In this document: positions 28,301 to 37,672 of the stretch, in pieces | Layout of the letters: each line of letters starts with the position of its first letter | Numbering within the stretch: the stretch's first letter is position 1 | Source: a virus | Length of the DNA stretch: 64,000 nt | IMG/VR virus record: IMGVR_UViG_3300045988_094674 | Coordinates: 59,788 to 123,787 of that record | Reading direction: 5' to 3' (one strand) | Made by a program: the position numbers and the translations under genes | Notes under the pieces: generated by a model | What the model was told of the DNA's origin: nothing | What the model saw: the letters and a program-made list of their open reading frames with translations, nothing else | Database searches by the model: none

Positions 28301-30777
28301 TTTTCATCCACAATGTTATTGAGAAGATCAGGGTAATCCTTATACTGAGTAACAAGATTACGAATCGCATCTGTTTGTTTATCGATAGAATCTGCATCAG
28401 CAATACCAAACTGACTATCACCCAACGTTTTGATAACGTCTTTTAACCCAGAAAATGCGGATTTTATAGCATCCGTCTTTTCCTTAGCCTTGTCCATCGC
28501 AGTGCCGTAGCCCTTGATAGCGTCAGTCAACTGCTCAAAAGAGATGGTTTCAGAATCAACACTAGAATTCAACCAGTCGAGAATCTTCTTCATCTCGCCA
28601 GCAGACTTGCCACCATCATTAGCCGCATTTGCTTCCTTGAGTTGTGCCTTAATAAATGTGCGGAATTTGGCTGTATTAAGTTCAAGTTTTCCGTTTTGCT
28701 CCGTCAAACAAGCAGTAAACTTGTCATCGACACCAATCAGTGACTTCATTGTATCAGCACAGATATAACCATATTGGTTATATTCTTTCATGGCCTTTGT
28801 TAAGGTATCAAAAGCAGAAGCAATATCAGTCACAGACTTCGCAGTAGACTTGTTGTTCTTGCTGGCCTTATTTGTCGGGAACCCATTCAACTGATTTGTT
28901 AATGCTCGCCCACCCTTTAAAGCGGCATTCATATTGGTGTACAGCAAAGAAAGCTGAGTATTTGTGCGAGTCGTGATTTCCTCTAGTTTTGCAGGATCTA
29001 CGCCGCGTTCGCCGGCCTTCTCTACTTCGTTTGCAAACTCCTGAGCTGCACTGTATGTCGCAGTAGCCGCAGTAGCATTTTTCAAAGCAGGAAGAAGATT
29101 TTCCAGAGCAGTCTTTTCAGCCTCTGTTTTCTCTTTTAAATCATCAGTGCTTTCAGCCGTGTCATCTGCAGTAAGGTTTGCGACCTCATGTTGTGCGTTA
29201 GAAAGAATTGTGGCGGCAGCTTCTGCGTATTCAGCAGCAAGTAACTCGGCATAACTCTGTTTATTTATCTGGAGCTTACCATTAACAAGCTCAAGGCAAT
29301 TCAGATATTCGGTGTTCATCGTCAGTAAAGACTGAAGAGAATCAAGACTCATGTAACCATACTGATTGTACTCTTCCATTGCACTGGTAGAAGCTTTATA
29401 CGCAGACTGGATTTCATCCATTTTGGAAGAAATATCTTCCATCTTCTGTGCGCCAGCAGCCAATGCGTCAACACCATTTGCAGAAGACTGAGCTACAATA
29501 CCAACTTGAACAAGTGCTTGGATAAACGCATTCACACCGTTTGTGTCAGCAGAGAAGTCCATGTCGGTCAGAGCTTTGCGAAGATTTGCAAGGGCTTGAG
29601 CTTGCTCGTCGGATAATCCTTCGTTTGTACCCCACAAGAGTTCATTCAGCTTACTTGCATCAAATCCATCAATCGTATCTTCCAGAGTTTGAACAGCAGA
29701 ATTTACCTTATCGAAAGTAAAACTGACATCCATACTGTTATTATTGTCATTCTGCCAAAAATCAACTGCTTGAAGTTTTCTACGAGCGTTTGTATTGTTG
29801 TTGATAGCATCCGTTGAGTCGTTGTAAGAATCTACATCATCACGGAGAGCAGATTGTTCATCAAGCAAGAATTGATACAGACTATGATACGTTCCACCGG
29901 CAGCTCGTTCAGCCTCAGTTGTGTTATCAATGATATATTTTAATGCTTTGCCAACTTCGTTGTAATAATCAACAATTGAATCCGCATCATTTAACTTGTC
30001 AGGTCCATAACCACCGAACTTGTTAAAGACATCAATGCCAGCATTTTTAATCTGGTCTCCCATATCCATTTCAGGAGCCGACCAAACAGTAAGATAATGC
30101 GTCCGATTATTCTTCTTGGCTGTATCAACAAGCTTATCGCCTTGAGCATCTTTGTTCTGTGTCAACTCATAACGAGATGCCTCTAACTGCTCCGCTGTAA
30201 TATCCTGAAGTAATCCAAGCTGCTCTTCATACTTGCCATTTTGAAGGTCAAGTTTACCAAGTTTATTTTCATCAAGCGTTCTTTGTTCTTTCGCAAGATC
30301 AAGAATCTCTGCCTGAATGTCTTTTGCTTGATCAAAGTCCTCTGTATCCCAACCAGACTTGTCGCCAAGTTCTTCATAAGCACTGACCAAATCCTTTAAA
30401 GAGGAAGTGGTGCTCTGTGCAGCATCGGCGGCTTCCTTGGATTTCGTTGCGACATTTTGCACTCGTTGTGCCGCTTCCGTAATCTTCTTAGTGCCCCAAG
30501 AGACAAGCAGGCCAATTCCAACACCCAGCGCGGCATTGAGCAGTAAAGCTTCAGCTCTTAACGCAATCATTTTCAACCGCGTTCCTTCAAGTTCAAGTTT
30601 AGCTTGACCTGATAACATCCATTTGATAAAATCAGAAATAGAAAGATTAGTTTCGCCAGGAATACTCTTGTAAGCTTTATATTTTTCAATTAAAGCAACT
30701 AACGAAGTACCTACTTGGTTAAAAGCACTTATCTGTAATTCTTTTTCTTTGGAGTCAACCGTAAAGAAAGTTAATAT
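25381..30777 (-). CDS. tail tape measure protein, exon 2 (proposed)
   Basis: Track ORF 25381-30618 (1745 aa). Its frame stays open upstream to about 30850 with protein-like sequence and no start or SD. Proposed 3' splice site after G at 30778. Confidence 0.65.
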   Translation of the reverse strand: MLTFFTVDSKEKELQISAFNQVGTSLVALIEKYKAYKSIPGETNLSISDFIKWMLSGQAKLELEGTRLKMIALRAEALLLNAALGVGIGLLVSWGTKKITEAAQRVQNVATKSKEAADAAQSTTSSLKDLVSAYEELGDKSGWDTEDFDQAKDIQAEILDLAKEQRTLDENKLGKLDLQNGKYEEQLGLLQDITAEQLEASRYELTQNKDAQGDKLVDTAKKNNRTHYLTVWSAPEMDMGDQIKNAGIDVFNKFGGYGPDKLNDADSIVDYYNEVGKALKYIIDNTTEAERAAGGTYHSLYQFLLDEQSALRDDVDSYNDSTDAINNNTNARRKLQAVDFWQNDNNNSMDVSFTFDKVNSAVQTLEDTIDGFDASKLNELLWGTNEGLSDEQAQALANLRKALTDMDFSADTNGVNAFIQALVQVGIVAQSSANGVDALAAGAQKMEDISSKMDEIQSAYKASTSAMEEYNQYGYMSLDSLQSLLTMNTEYLNCLELVNGKLQINKQSYAELLAAEYAEAAATILSNAQHEVANLTADDTAESTDDLKEKTEAEKTALENLLPALKNATAATATYSAAQEFANEVEKAGERGVDPAKLEEITTRTNTQLSLLYTNMNAALKGGRALTNQLNGFPTNKASKNNKSTAKSVTDIASAFDTLTKAMKEYNQYGYICADTMKSLIGVDDKFTACLTEQNGKLELNTAKFRTFIKAQLKEANAANDGGKSAGEMKKILDWLNSSVDSETISFEQLTDAIKGYGTAMDKAKEKTDAIKSAFSGLKDVIKTLGDSQFGIADADSIDKQTDAIRNLVTQYKDYPDLLNNIVDENGNINLNTEAFKNALAKTLEDLANTAKETGGAGADALYNAYHSASQNISQGKITPTDWASGLGTDLSNANDVLDRYQSNWNTLKDAMDEWNETGQLTQDTMQNLMALPDEFSSLLGYDEDGNAKLDVKTLRDNYVKQLKELAKEFEGKPIGIQAEAAIEDVREPTPEEYEKLAKKTLTYQKALARYTRKISKINSNKDLTEDEALQQKEEAQAELDGALQESLLEVQETDAQVTTKLKKHWEGVESVIDNFKNALSDVKDILNSFLSLIEKFNTNNSNDLKLWGDVMGDVIDKRIEALNKQKEALEENNDATERAIELAKAQDELARAEQQRTSRVYTENGYEWQADPEAVRTARQDLNDKQRQWNKEDAEKAIDDQIKKYNEFKDKLSEVMEDIGTSWDDYNKKLQYTAQIQEMTLGQMAGSLDGYHNKIIASLQNSGTISGIQTVISNLESLIGTLEKLNNVYNFLQTGTYTDGGFVGLVNTVKKVFGKNSSTSITKTITNSLDTITDATEVTFGGNGITGVINNSMTDGVKNAVVNAQKELGSATTKNGLIGVFQNAWDAIGSGAKSLFSNSSSNSLTSIFSDGISNIGKIISNAFGGKGAGTSGGSGILGWLGNLLGIGGVSLSSVPAMTATNTAGLTGLSKLMADGAIGANVAGAGGTAVAAAGGSSLLAAVPIVGAVLAGLGVGVNHFAGLNKIWKSNDDTGTKIGKSLFSTVFNSSGGVLSIAALIHDTIGRANDKKNGTTSKTLAEKVYEWPIWFWNWGKKTTSQLDDVSKNTKDTANDVKKKKNKTNITVNAVQTTVNNGNKTSDSSGSSSSSSSSVSNGQQKQQSFWDKLWGSKFWFWNWGKKAVGDKGVKHTGTYNVDEQGSELIVRQPQSGRYTYLETGDGVVPADITSRLFEMGGNPDKWFTDQMAKHSTATMVQSRNPGGISMTIGDVNVNNPVGDTDALARQIVQQLPNKMVQRLNKR

Positions 30778-30801
30778 CGATTTCGAGGAGATGTGAAATC
30801 T

Positions 30802-31215
30802 ATGGAAAAATATGTACGGTATTGTCCATTTTGCGATAAATACTATTCAAGATGGGACTTATTATGTGCTTTTTGTATTCGAGACAATATTTTGCTTATA
30901 GAATGGAACGAAATGACAAAAAAACAAAAAGAAGAATGGAAAAATAAAACTAAGCCAAGGAGAAGTATTTCTGAAATAAATCCAGATACTCTCAAAAAAC
31001 TTCAAAAGAATGCCAATACTTTCGATTCCCAATATAGAGCAGAACTGGAAGAAAAGGAACATCCTAAATACACCCCAAAATGCCCTACATGCGGCTCGCC
31101 AGACCTAGAAAAGATCGGAACCGCTTCTAAAGTCTTGGATGTTGCTTTCTGGGGATTTGCCAGTGGAAAAGTGAAGAAAACTTTCCATTGTAAGAATTGT
31201 GGATATGAGTGGTGA
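30802..31215 (+). CDS. double zinc-ribbon protein (intron cargo, antisense to the TMP)
   Basis: ATG at 30802 after GAGGAG. CPFC...CAFC at the N-terminus and CPTCGS...CKNCGYEW at the C-terminus. Confidence 0.5.
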   Translation: MEKYVRYCPFCDKYYSRWDLLCAFCIRDNILLIEWNEMTKKQKEEWKNKTKPRRSISEINPDTLKKLQKNANTFDSQYRAELEEKEHPKYTPKCPTCGSPDLEKIGTASKVLDVAFWGFASGKVKKTFHCKNCGYEW

Positions 31216-31266
31216 TAAAAGAAAAGCCCTACTACACAAAGTAGCAGGGTAGTGGTCGTATTCGTT

Positions 31267-31872
31267 TTAGCGTAGAACGTATTTCGCAGTTTCGGAATCC
31301 AGATTGTCGTACATGAACTCGAATCGTTTTACGTGAGACATTGGGACACATAAAGCTGTATCATCATTTAAATGAGAAACAGCTTCATCCATCTTATCTC
31401 CGTTCCGATCAGTTGCTGTGGCATGGTAAGTCAAAACGATATAGTCATTATCGGCGTTTTCGATTGTGCCATAAATATAGGTTCCATCGTCCATATGAAG
31501 CATCACATCGGTTTGCCCACTAAAATCGATATGGCGAGTCCAAATATTGTCGCCAGTATCGTAGCCGAGATGATTACTAAACCACTTTCTTACCGGAATA
31601 GAGTTTTTGATTTTGTAAAACAAGGAAGAGCATACAATGCCAGTTACAATATAAACAATAACGATAGGAAAACCCTTGATAGTGAATCTTCCAAGTAAAT
31701 GGTCAGCGTAATCAACGATATACTTGATAGTAAATCCAAAAGCAATACTTAATGAAAGAAACCCTTGGTATTCAATTTTCTTTAAAGAAAGCTTTGTGTA
31801 AAACCAAACACAAAGAGCTCCTGGAACAAATACATTGAATAGTGTTTCGACATTATTTACTAGTTCCTTCAT
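31267..31872 (-). CDS. three-TM membrane protein with a soluble beta-rich C-terminal domain (intron cargo)
   Basis: ATG at 31872 after GGAGGG. Three hydrophobic helices, then DVMLHMDDGTYIYGTIENADNDYIVLTYH (Sm/SH3-like look, resembles DUF6338-type proteins; tentative). Confidence 0.5.
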   Translation of the reverse strand: MKELVNNVETLFNVFVPGALCVWFYTKLSLKKIEYQGFLSLSIAFGFTIKYIVDYADHLLGRFTIKGFPIVIVYIVTGIVCSSLFYKIKNSIPVRKWFSNHLGYDTGDNIWTRHIDFSGQTDVMLHMDDGTYIYGTIENADNDYIVLTYHATATDRNGDKMDEAVSHLNDDTALCVPMSHVKRFEFMYDNLDSETAKYVLR

Positions 31873-32047
31873 TCGACCCTCCATTCCCTCGTTGTTTATC
31901 GCGGTTTCTAAGATAAGAGCCGCCATGTGTTTTTACCGAATCTGTACCGGAATAAGTATAAGTATTCCTTGGAGACTGACGTTCTTGAGTCGGTGCCCCA
32001 TACGTAGAGATTTCATAATTCGGCACATGCTTTTTATTGTTTTCCAT
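31853..32047 (-). CDS. small hypothetical protein (intron cargo)
   Basis: Track ORF of 64 aa. AAGGAG lies 9 nt before the ATG. Low-complexity polar sequence. Overlaps the next start. Confidence 0.25.
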   Translation of the reverse strand: MENNKKHVPNYEISTYGAPTQERQSPRNTYTYSGTDSVKTHGGSYLRNRDKQRGNGGSNEGTSK

Positions 32048-32104
32048 GGTTCAACACTCCTTTTACAAGAGTGTATCACAGACTGTCGTAAAAAGCAACG
32101 CAAA

Positions 32105-32150
32105 TTAAAACGCCCGGCCTCCCAGTAGTAGGGAAGTCGGGCTTATTTTA
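32105..32150. terminator. strong bidirectional stem-loop terminator inside the intron
   Basis: GCCCGGCCTCCC (32112-32123) pairs with GGGAAGTCGGGC (32131-32142). An A-run lies on one side and a T-rich run on the other. Confidence 0.55.
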
Positions 32151-32167
32151 TGATGACTGCGCCGTTG

Positions 32168-32500
32168 TTATTTCAGAAGTTCAGCGATTTCTTCAGCAGT
32201 CATACCATTTGCCAGTGCGTTAGCAACGATATCTTCTGCCTTTTTACGATTCAGCTCTGCGGCAATCTTTTCATCGGCATCAGCCTTTTTCTTTTCGAGC
32301 TTTACAATCTCTTTATTGATTTTCTTCAATTCAGCTTCCTTAGCTTTTTTATCAGCATTCAGTGCAGCAATATTGGTGCCGAGTGCTGTGATTTCTTCAG
32401 CAAGAGATTCTGCGGCAGTATTCTTTTCAGCAATCTGTGCTGCGTAATCAATACCATCAAGAACCTTTGCTTTATTCTTACTTCCCTTGGGTCTAGCCAT
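32168..32500 (-). CDS. small coiled-coil protein with a basic N-terminus (intron cargo)
   Basis: ACGGAGGTG plus ATG at 32500. Sequence MARPKGSKNKAK..., then an Ala/Lys/Glu coiled coil. No nuclease motif. Confidence 0.5.
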   Translation of the reverse strand: MARPKGSKNKAKVLDGIDYAAQIAEKNTAAESLAEEITALGTNIAALNADKKAKEAELKKINKEIVKLEKKKADADEKIAAELNRKKAEDIVANALANGMTAEEIAELLK

Positions 32501-33021
32501 AATAAAACACCTCCGTATATTTTGGATACGCGATTGTAATATTATTATAGCCAGAATATCGTATGTAGTCAACGAATATTTTGTTTTCTCCTATTTTGTA
32601 TCGCGCCAGAGAGTAGCGCGTCTCCTCATTTCCACCTACTTCTTTAAGTCGTCTGGTTACGTCTGAGGTGGACTTCTGAACTTTCGCCCAGAACTGACTA
32701 TCCTTCCAGTGGTTGCTCACTGACCCTTTTTAGTCGATGAACCTTCCACCTTCCTACATTATATAATAGGGGAGTGGATCGGCTGCTGACCGCCCATTGT
32801 AAACGCTACTTAGCACTCGATTATTACCATATTTTGGCAATACGATAAAACCGAGCTTTTATCTCAGCATATAGCATCCATATCCTTGTTTCTATCTTTC
32901 GATTCCTACATTATATAAATATAACAATAGGCGATATGGCTCTTAGGGTTTCCCAGCACTCTAGGGGCTATTTTATTTTTACATGGTGCCGCATCCTATA
33001 TTTTTATACGCAACAAATATA

Positions 33022-35451
33022 AGAGGGCATATTAACTTTACCCGCACCATTTTTGAGCTTTCCGCTCATCTGCATTACAGACAACACGCCGGAAATGGCG
33101 GCTGTCAGAGTTGGTAATGCGCCAGCAAATTTTACAGCACTATCTGCACCGTCAACAAAAACAGTAGCAAGGCTTATAAAGAACTTCGGGATATCAGACT
33201 TCATCAAGTCCGTACTAAACTTCTGGAATGCAGAATCAAGCTGATTAAGCTTCGCCTGCAAGGAGTCCATGTACGTCTGGTTCTCACGCATTGCGCTGCC
33301 ACTAGAATTGAGTGCCTGCTTCATAGCGTCTTCAGCAACACTAAAATTATTCAGCAGGGCAGATGTACTCTGACCTCCTCTCTTTCCAGAGATCAGCTCA
33401 GTAATATTTGCCTGTGTTGTGTCAGACAGATCTTTCCAAACCTCAGAAAGTTCCTTCATAATCTGATAGGTTGATTTGAAGGTATTATTATCCTTCATAA
33501 TATCAACACCAGCAAGTTGCTTCAACTCAGATCGAAGTTCGGACACAGAATCTGCCATCCCATCTGTTGCGATACCGGCATTTTCTGCATCTGTTTTTGA
33601 AGCACGAAGGTACATACTCAAAGTTTTTAGGTAAGTGCCACTCGTATCTGCGTCCTGAAGTACACCGTTTACAGCAGACGCCAAACTAAGCGTCTCCTGA
33701 TATGTATTTCCGGCGGCAGACATCGCAGCGGAACTTTTCTGCATGATAATTCCAAGGTCGTTCATACTGACTGGTTCAGTATTAGCGATTTGGTTCATGC
33801 AGTCCAGAAGACGCTCTGCATCATCAGCAACCAACCCAAAACCTTGCATTGCAGAAATCAGGTAAGAAGAAGCAGTTGTTGCATTATCTATCTGGTCTCC
33901 AACATTAGCCATAAGAGCAGACACACGAGCAAGCTCTTCAGAGTCTTTGTCCGTATATCCAAGTCGCTTCTAATCGGCAGTGCTACTTACAAGATCAGAA
34001 ATATTAGCACCAAGATTACGAGCGTTTGTTGCAGTTCTATCGAGATATTCGTTCATCTCGTCGTCAGTCATTTTACTGACTTTTTTAAGCTCTGTTACAG
34101 CCGTATCAAGTTCCAGAACATTATTATAAACCTCTCGCAGACCTTGTTTGACCATAGCCACGCCAGCCATAGCAATAGCTGTCTGGAAGTGCTCCTTAAA
34201 CAGACGAGACAGTTTTTGACCAAGAGTTTCTGTAGTGGCCCCACATCTGCTGGCCTCAACCTCAAGATTTGATAGTCTTGCACTAAGATCAGTAACATTG
34301 CCTTCACAGCCAGCAGCAGAAGCTTTTATTCCGTTTAAACTATCAATTAGCCAAGAATATTTACTTTTATTTGCAATAGAGTCTTCTAACTTCGTTGCAC
34401 GTTCATAAACACTCTTAAACTTCGTCATATCAACATTGGCTTGATTTATATCTCTAAAATCAAATCCAAGTTCTTTTAAATGTTGACTTGTAGAATCAAT
34501 AGTTGTATCAAGAGTCTTGCATTTTTTATCAAAGTCTTGAATTGCTTTCCCTGGTGTAGTGTTCTCAATAGAAGCAAGCTGATCTCGTAACTCTTTTAAC
34601 TTTCCAGAAGTTTTTCCAGTTCCATCTTCTCCATATAAATATTTTTTGATATTATCATTTTTATAGTTGGAGTTATTCTTAGAATAGTTTTCAAGAGACT
34701 GAATCTTTTTTTGATATTTTTCATACTCGGATTCTTGAGATATGAGAGTCTTTTTTAAATCATCTGCAATTTCTTGATTTTGTTTTTTTAGTTCTTTTGC
34801 AGCCGAATCAGCACCTTTTGCAGTATTCCTGTCAGCATTGAATTTTCCGGTTTTTTCGATATCCTCAAGCTTTAACTTCTGAGTTTCCGTAATTACATCT
34901 TTTGTTTTTGTCTTGAGTTTATCCATCTCATCGTTGATTGCGCTCAATCTAGTCTGTACCGCTTTCAACTCAGATGATTTGTTTCCATTAGCAATTAACA
35001 ATGCTTCATCCGCTTTTAACTTTGCTTGACGATTTGCAAGGCTGAAAAGGCGAGAAATATCACTTTTTGAAGTATCTTGCGGTTTTGCAGAACCAGACTT
35101 TCCGGTATCAACCTTAACTGTCTGCTTTGCTGCAGATTGCATAGCTTTTTTAAGCTGTGCGGTTACTTTACTCTGGTCAACCTTAACATCAAGTGTAACC
35201 TTTGGAGTTCTTAATTTTCCACTCTTGACCACCTTGTCAAGTGCGTCATTTATATTGCGGATTGTATCGTTTTGATTCACTCCGAAAGCAATTTTTACTG
35301 GTTTTTCTTTATAATACTCTTTAACAGAATTAAATTGCTTGTCTAACTCTGCTTTATTTGCGTCAATAACAACCTTAACCTTGATAGCTGTTACAGAGGA
35401 AGTATCAGCACTACTTGCGGTGTTTGTATTATCCGCCATACCGTTGGTCAC
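33022..35451 (-). CDS. tail tape measure protein, exon 1 (proposed), with one in-frame TAG
   Basis: Track ORFs 33970-35451 and 33004-33924 share a frame and are joined by TAG at 33970-33972. The region ...ALMANVGDQIDNATTASSYLISAMQGFGL... resembles the TP901-type TMP core. Start is GTG at 35451 or ATG at 35439. Confidence 0.65.
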
Positions 35452-35569
35452 CTCTCTTTTCCATTTTCAACATTCCTTTCAAAACAAAAAAGAGAAGCGG
35501 CCAGCTCCTTAAAGCCAGCCCTCCTCTCATTTAATTTTAATCCAAATAAATTCTCATAAAAGATGGCTT

Positions 35570-36127
35570 TTACAATCCATGTAAAGCCGTCTTAACAATC
35601 ATTGCCGCCTCGACTTGCGCAGGAGCAATAAACGGACGTGCAGGGCGATATTCTTTCTGCCCACCAGACCGAAGATAATAACTCAAATCCATCCAAAGAC
35701 CATTCTCAATCCAGTTCGCAAACATAGTTCCACCAACAGCCGCATTCTCACGTTCATCAAATAAAACATTCGCTCCACCATTCTCATTCCAAACAAGTGG
35801 AGAATTACCATGATGGTATTCCCTGTATAACAAAGTATCTGATGCTCTTTGAGAATCAAAATTCTTTCTACCAAGAAAATAAGACGGTTGCGGTTTTGCG
35901 ATATCTTTCACAATCATCGTAACAGTGTTTCCATCACGAGTTACACTACTCACAATATTACTTGCATCTTCGATTCCAGCAGAACGGGCGGATTGTGACT
36001 GAATATTTTTCTTTGCACTTGCCTGAAGCACAGTTTCTATTTGCGGAGCTACATCCTGCATAATCTGCTCCACACCATCTGCCACATCACTCAATAGGTC
36101 ATCAAAATTTGTGTATGACTGTTTCAT
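35570..36127 (-). CDS. hypothetical structural-module protein
   Basis: Track ORF of 185 aa, immediately upstream of the TMP. Confidence 0.5.
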   Translation of the reverse strand: MKQSYTNFDDLLSDVADGVEQIMQDVAPQIETVLQASAKKNIQSQSARSAGIEDASNIVSSVTRDGNTVTMIVKDIAKPQPSYFLGRKNFDSQRASDTLLYREYHHGNSPLVWNENGGANVLFDERENAAVGGTMFANWIENGLWMDLSYYLRSGGQKEYRPARPFIAPAQVEAAMIVKTALHGL

Positions 36128-36137
36128 TCACTCCACC

Positions 36138-37127
36138 TCAAATCTCAAACCGATCCTTTGCAGACTGAATCTTTGTCGTATCCTTTTTGATGTAATACTT
36201 GTTGGTCACATCCGTGCCAGCATGGTTGAGCAGGGAAGAGACATCTTCCAGACTCATACCCGCATTCTTCAGCAGAGTAGCACCACTATGCCGAAAATCG
36301 TGCGGATGCAGCGTAGGCTCATCAATCATCTCACCAATCTTCTTACACCAATCACCGGCAGTGCTTGAAGTAATCGGCATCCATGCGTCATTGATTTTCG
36401 CACCAACAAACACATAGCCGCCATCCTCAATATCATGCTCAGTACGATATTCCTTCAGCTCTTTTAAAAGCTCAGAAACCTCCTTGCTGAACATCAAATC
36501 AACGATTTTGCCTTCCTTTTCCAGAACGTCATGTACCATGCGGTTCTCATAATCGATAGACTTCCAGAGTGTATTTCGCACAGCGTTAACACGAGCCATC
36601 GTGGACAGCGAGAATAGAGCATACAGCCGCAACGTCATCGCATTATCCTTCATGTGAATAGTGGTCGCAGATTCAACCAACACATTCAGTTTTTCTCGCA
36701 TCAGTTTAACCTCATCCGGCGTAAGGTATGTCTGCTTCACGACAGCCACGTCCTTAGTCGGTCGGTCAATGAACTCCATCGGATTCTCTTTGATGATTTT
36801 CTTCTTGCGAAGATACCGATACAGTGCAGAAATCGTGCTCATACGTCGCTTCATACGAGCAGAGTTATTTCCATGCTTCTTACAGTAGAACAGAAATTCC
36901 TCAATATCCTCTTCTTCAAGTTCTGTCACAGGGGCATTTCCCTGATTGTCCAGAACATAAATCATCCACTGCTTGAAATCCGATTCATAATTGTAAACAG
37001 TAGACGGGCTGAGATCACGGATGCCCATATCAGTCTCATATCTATCCCAGTATTTTAAAGACACTGGGTTTACGTTCTTGAACTTCTCAGCATCCCATAA
37101 CTTCAGCGGTTTACTTCTTGTAGCCAT
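36138..37127 (-). CDS. XerC/D-like tyrosine recombinase (second recombinase in the window)
   Basis: N-terminal SAM-like domain (...STISALYRYLRKKKIIKENP). Catalytic HDFRHSGATLL and LLNHAGTDVTNKYYIK. Confidence 0.8.
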   Translation of the reverse strand: MATRSKPLKLWDAEKFKNVNPVSLKYWDRYETDMGIRDLSPSTVYNYESDFKQWMIYVLDNQGNAPVTELEEEDIEEFLFYCKKHGNNSARMKRRMSTISALYRYLRKKKIIKENPMEFIDRPTKDVAVVKQTYLTPDEVKLMREKLNVLVESATTIHMKDNAMTLRLYALFSLSTMARVNAVRNTLWKSIDYENRMVHDVLEKEGKIVDLMFSKEVSELLKELKEYRTEHDIEDGGYVFVGAKINDAWMPITSSTAGDWCKKIGEMIDEPTLHPHDFRHSGATLLKNAGMSLEDVSSLLNHAGTDVTNKYYIKKDTTKIQSAKDRFEI

Positions 37128-37161
37128 ATTAAAATTCCCTCCAACCCACCTCTAAAAGTGT

Positions 37162-37671
37162 TTATTCCTTTTTATCTTTTGCCAGCACAACAGAGATCTC
37201 CTGCTTATTGTCCAGCAGGGCAGAAGTTACTTCAGAAAACTTTTCAACATCAAAGTCTTTCAAGTTACCCTTCACATCATTCAAATAGTTCTCCATAAAG
37301 TCAACGAAATCAGAAATGGGGTCGGGCTTCTTAATAATCTCATTGAGTTTGCCACAGAGACCCAGAACCAACCATTCCTTATGAGAACGATCAATCTGCT
37401 CGTGAACTGCCTTCTCCAGAGAATCATACTGATCCCAGAATGCAGAAGTATCACAACCAGCCTTGTTAATCTTGAAGTTAAAAGACTCGTAAGCAATACG
37501 CGGCCACTCACTCTGCGGCTCACTACGATAATCATAATCAGCAAAATACTTTAGAACGGTCAACCGAAACACCACATCAAGCAGCGCGGGCTGATAATCG
37601 CCGTCAATAGTACATGCCTTAACTACTTCATCAAGAAACTCATTTCGCTCCTGAAAATTTAAAACCTTCAT
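37162..37671 (-). CDS. acidic protein, possible tail assembly chaperone
   Basis: 169 aa, acidic, positioned between the tube gene and the TMP. No slippery site or frameshift partner identified. Confidence 0.35.
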   Translation of the reverse strand: MKVLNFQERNEFLDEVVKACTIDGDYQPALLDVVFRLTVLKYFADYDYRSEPQSEWPRIAYESFNFKINKAGCDTSAFWDQYDSLEKAVHEQIDRSHKEWLVLGLCGKLNEIIKKPDPISDFVDFMENYLNDVKGNLKDFDVEKFSEVTSALLDNKQEISVVLAKDKKE

Positions 37672-37672
37672 T

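Larger units (their letters stand above)
30778..33021 (-). mobile_element. group I intron in the tape measure gene (2244 nt, carries non-HEG ORFs)
   Basis: Minus-strand core elements: P GTGCTGGGAAACCC (32946-32959), Q GGTCAGCAGCC (32781-32791), R GGTTCATCGACTAAAAAGGG (32724-32743), S GGAAGGATAGTCAG (32694-32707). P pairs with Q and R pairs with S. The P1/P10 model is given in the findings. Confidence 0.6.

Noticed and set aside
33004-33021. The last six codons (YICCV*) of track ORF 33004-33924 as the genuine TMP C-terminus.
   Set aside because: They lie within the proposed P1 region of the intron. The TMP-like frame resumes downstream without a start, and a TMP ending here would lack the long C-terminal part typical of tape measures.
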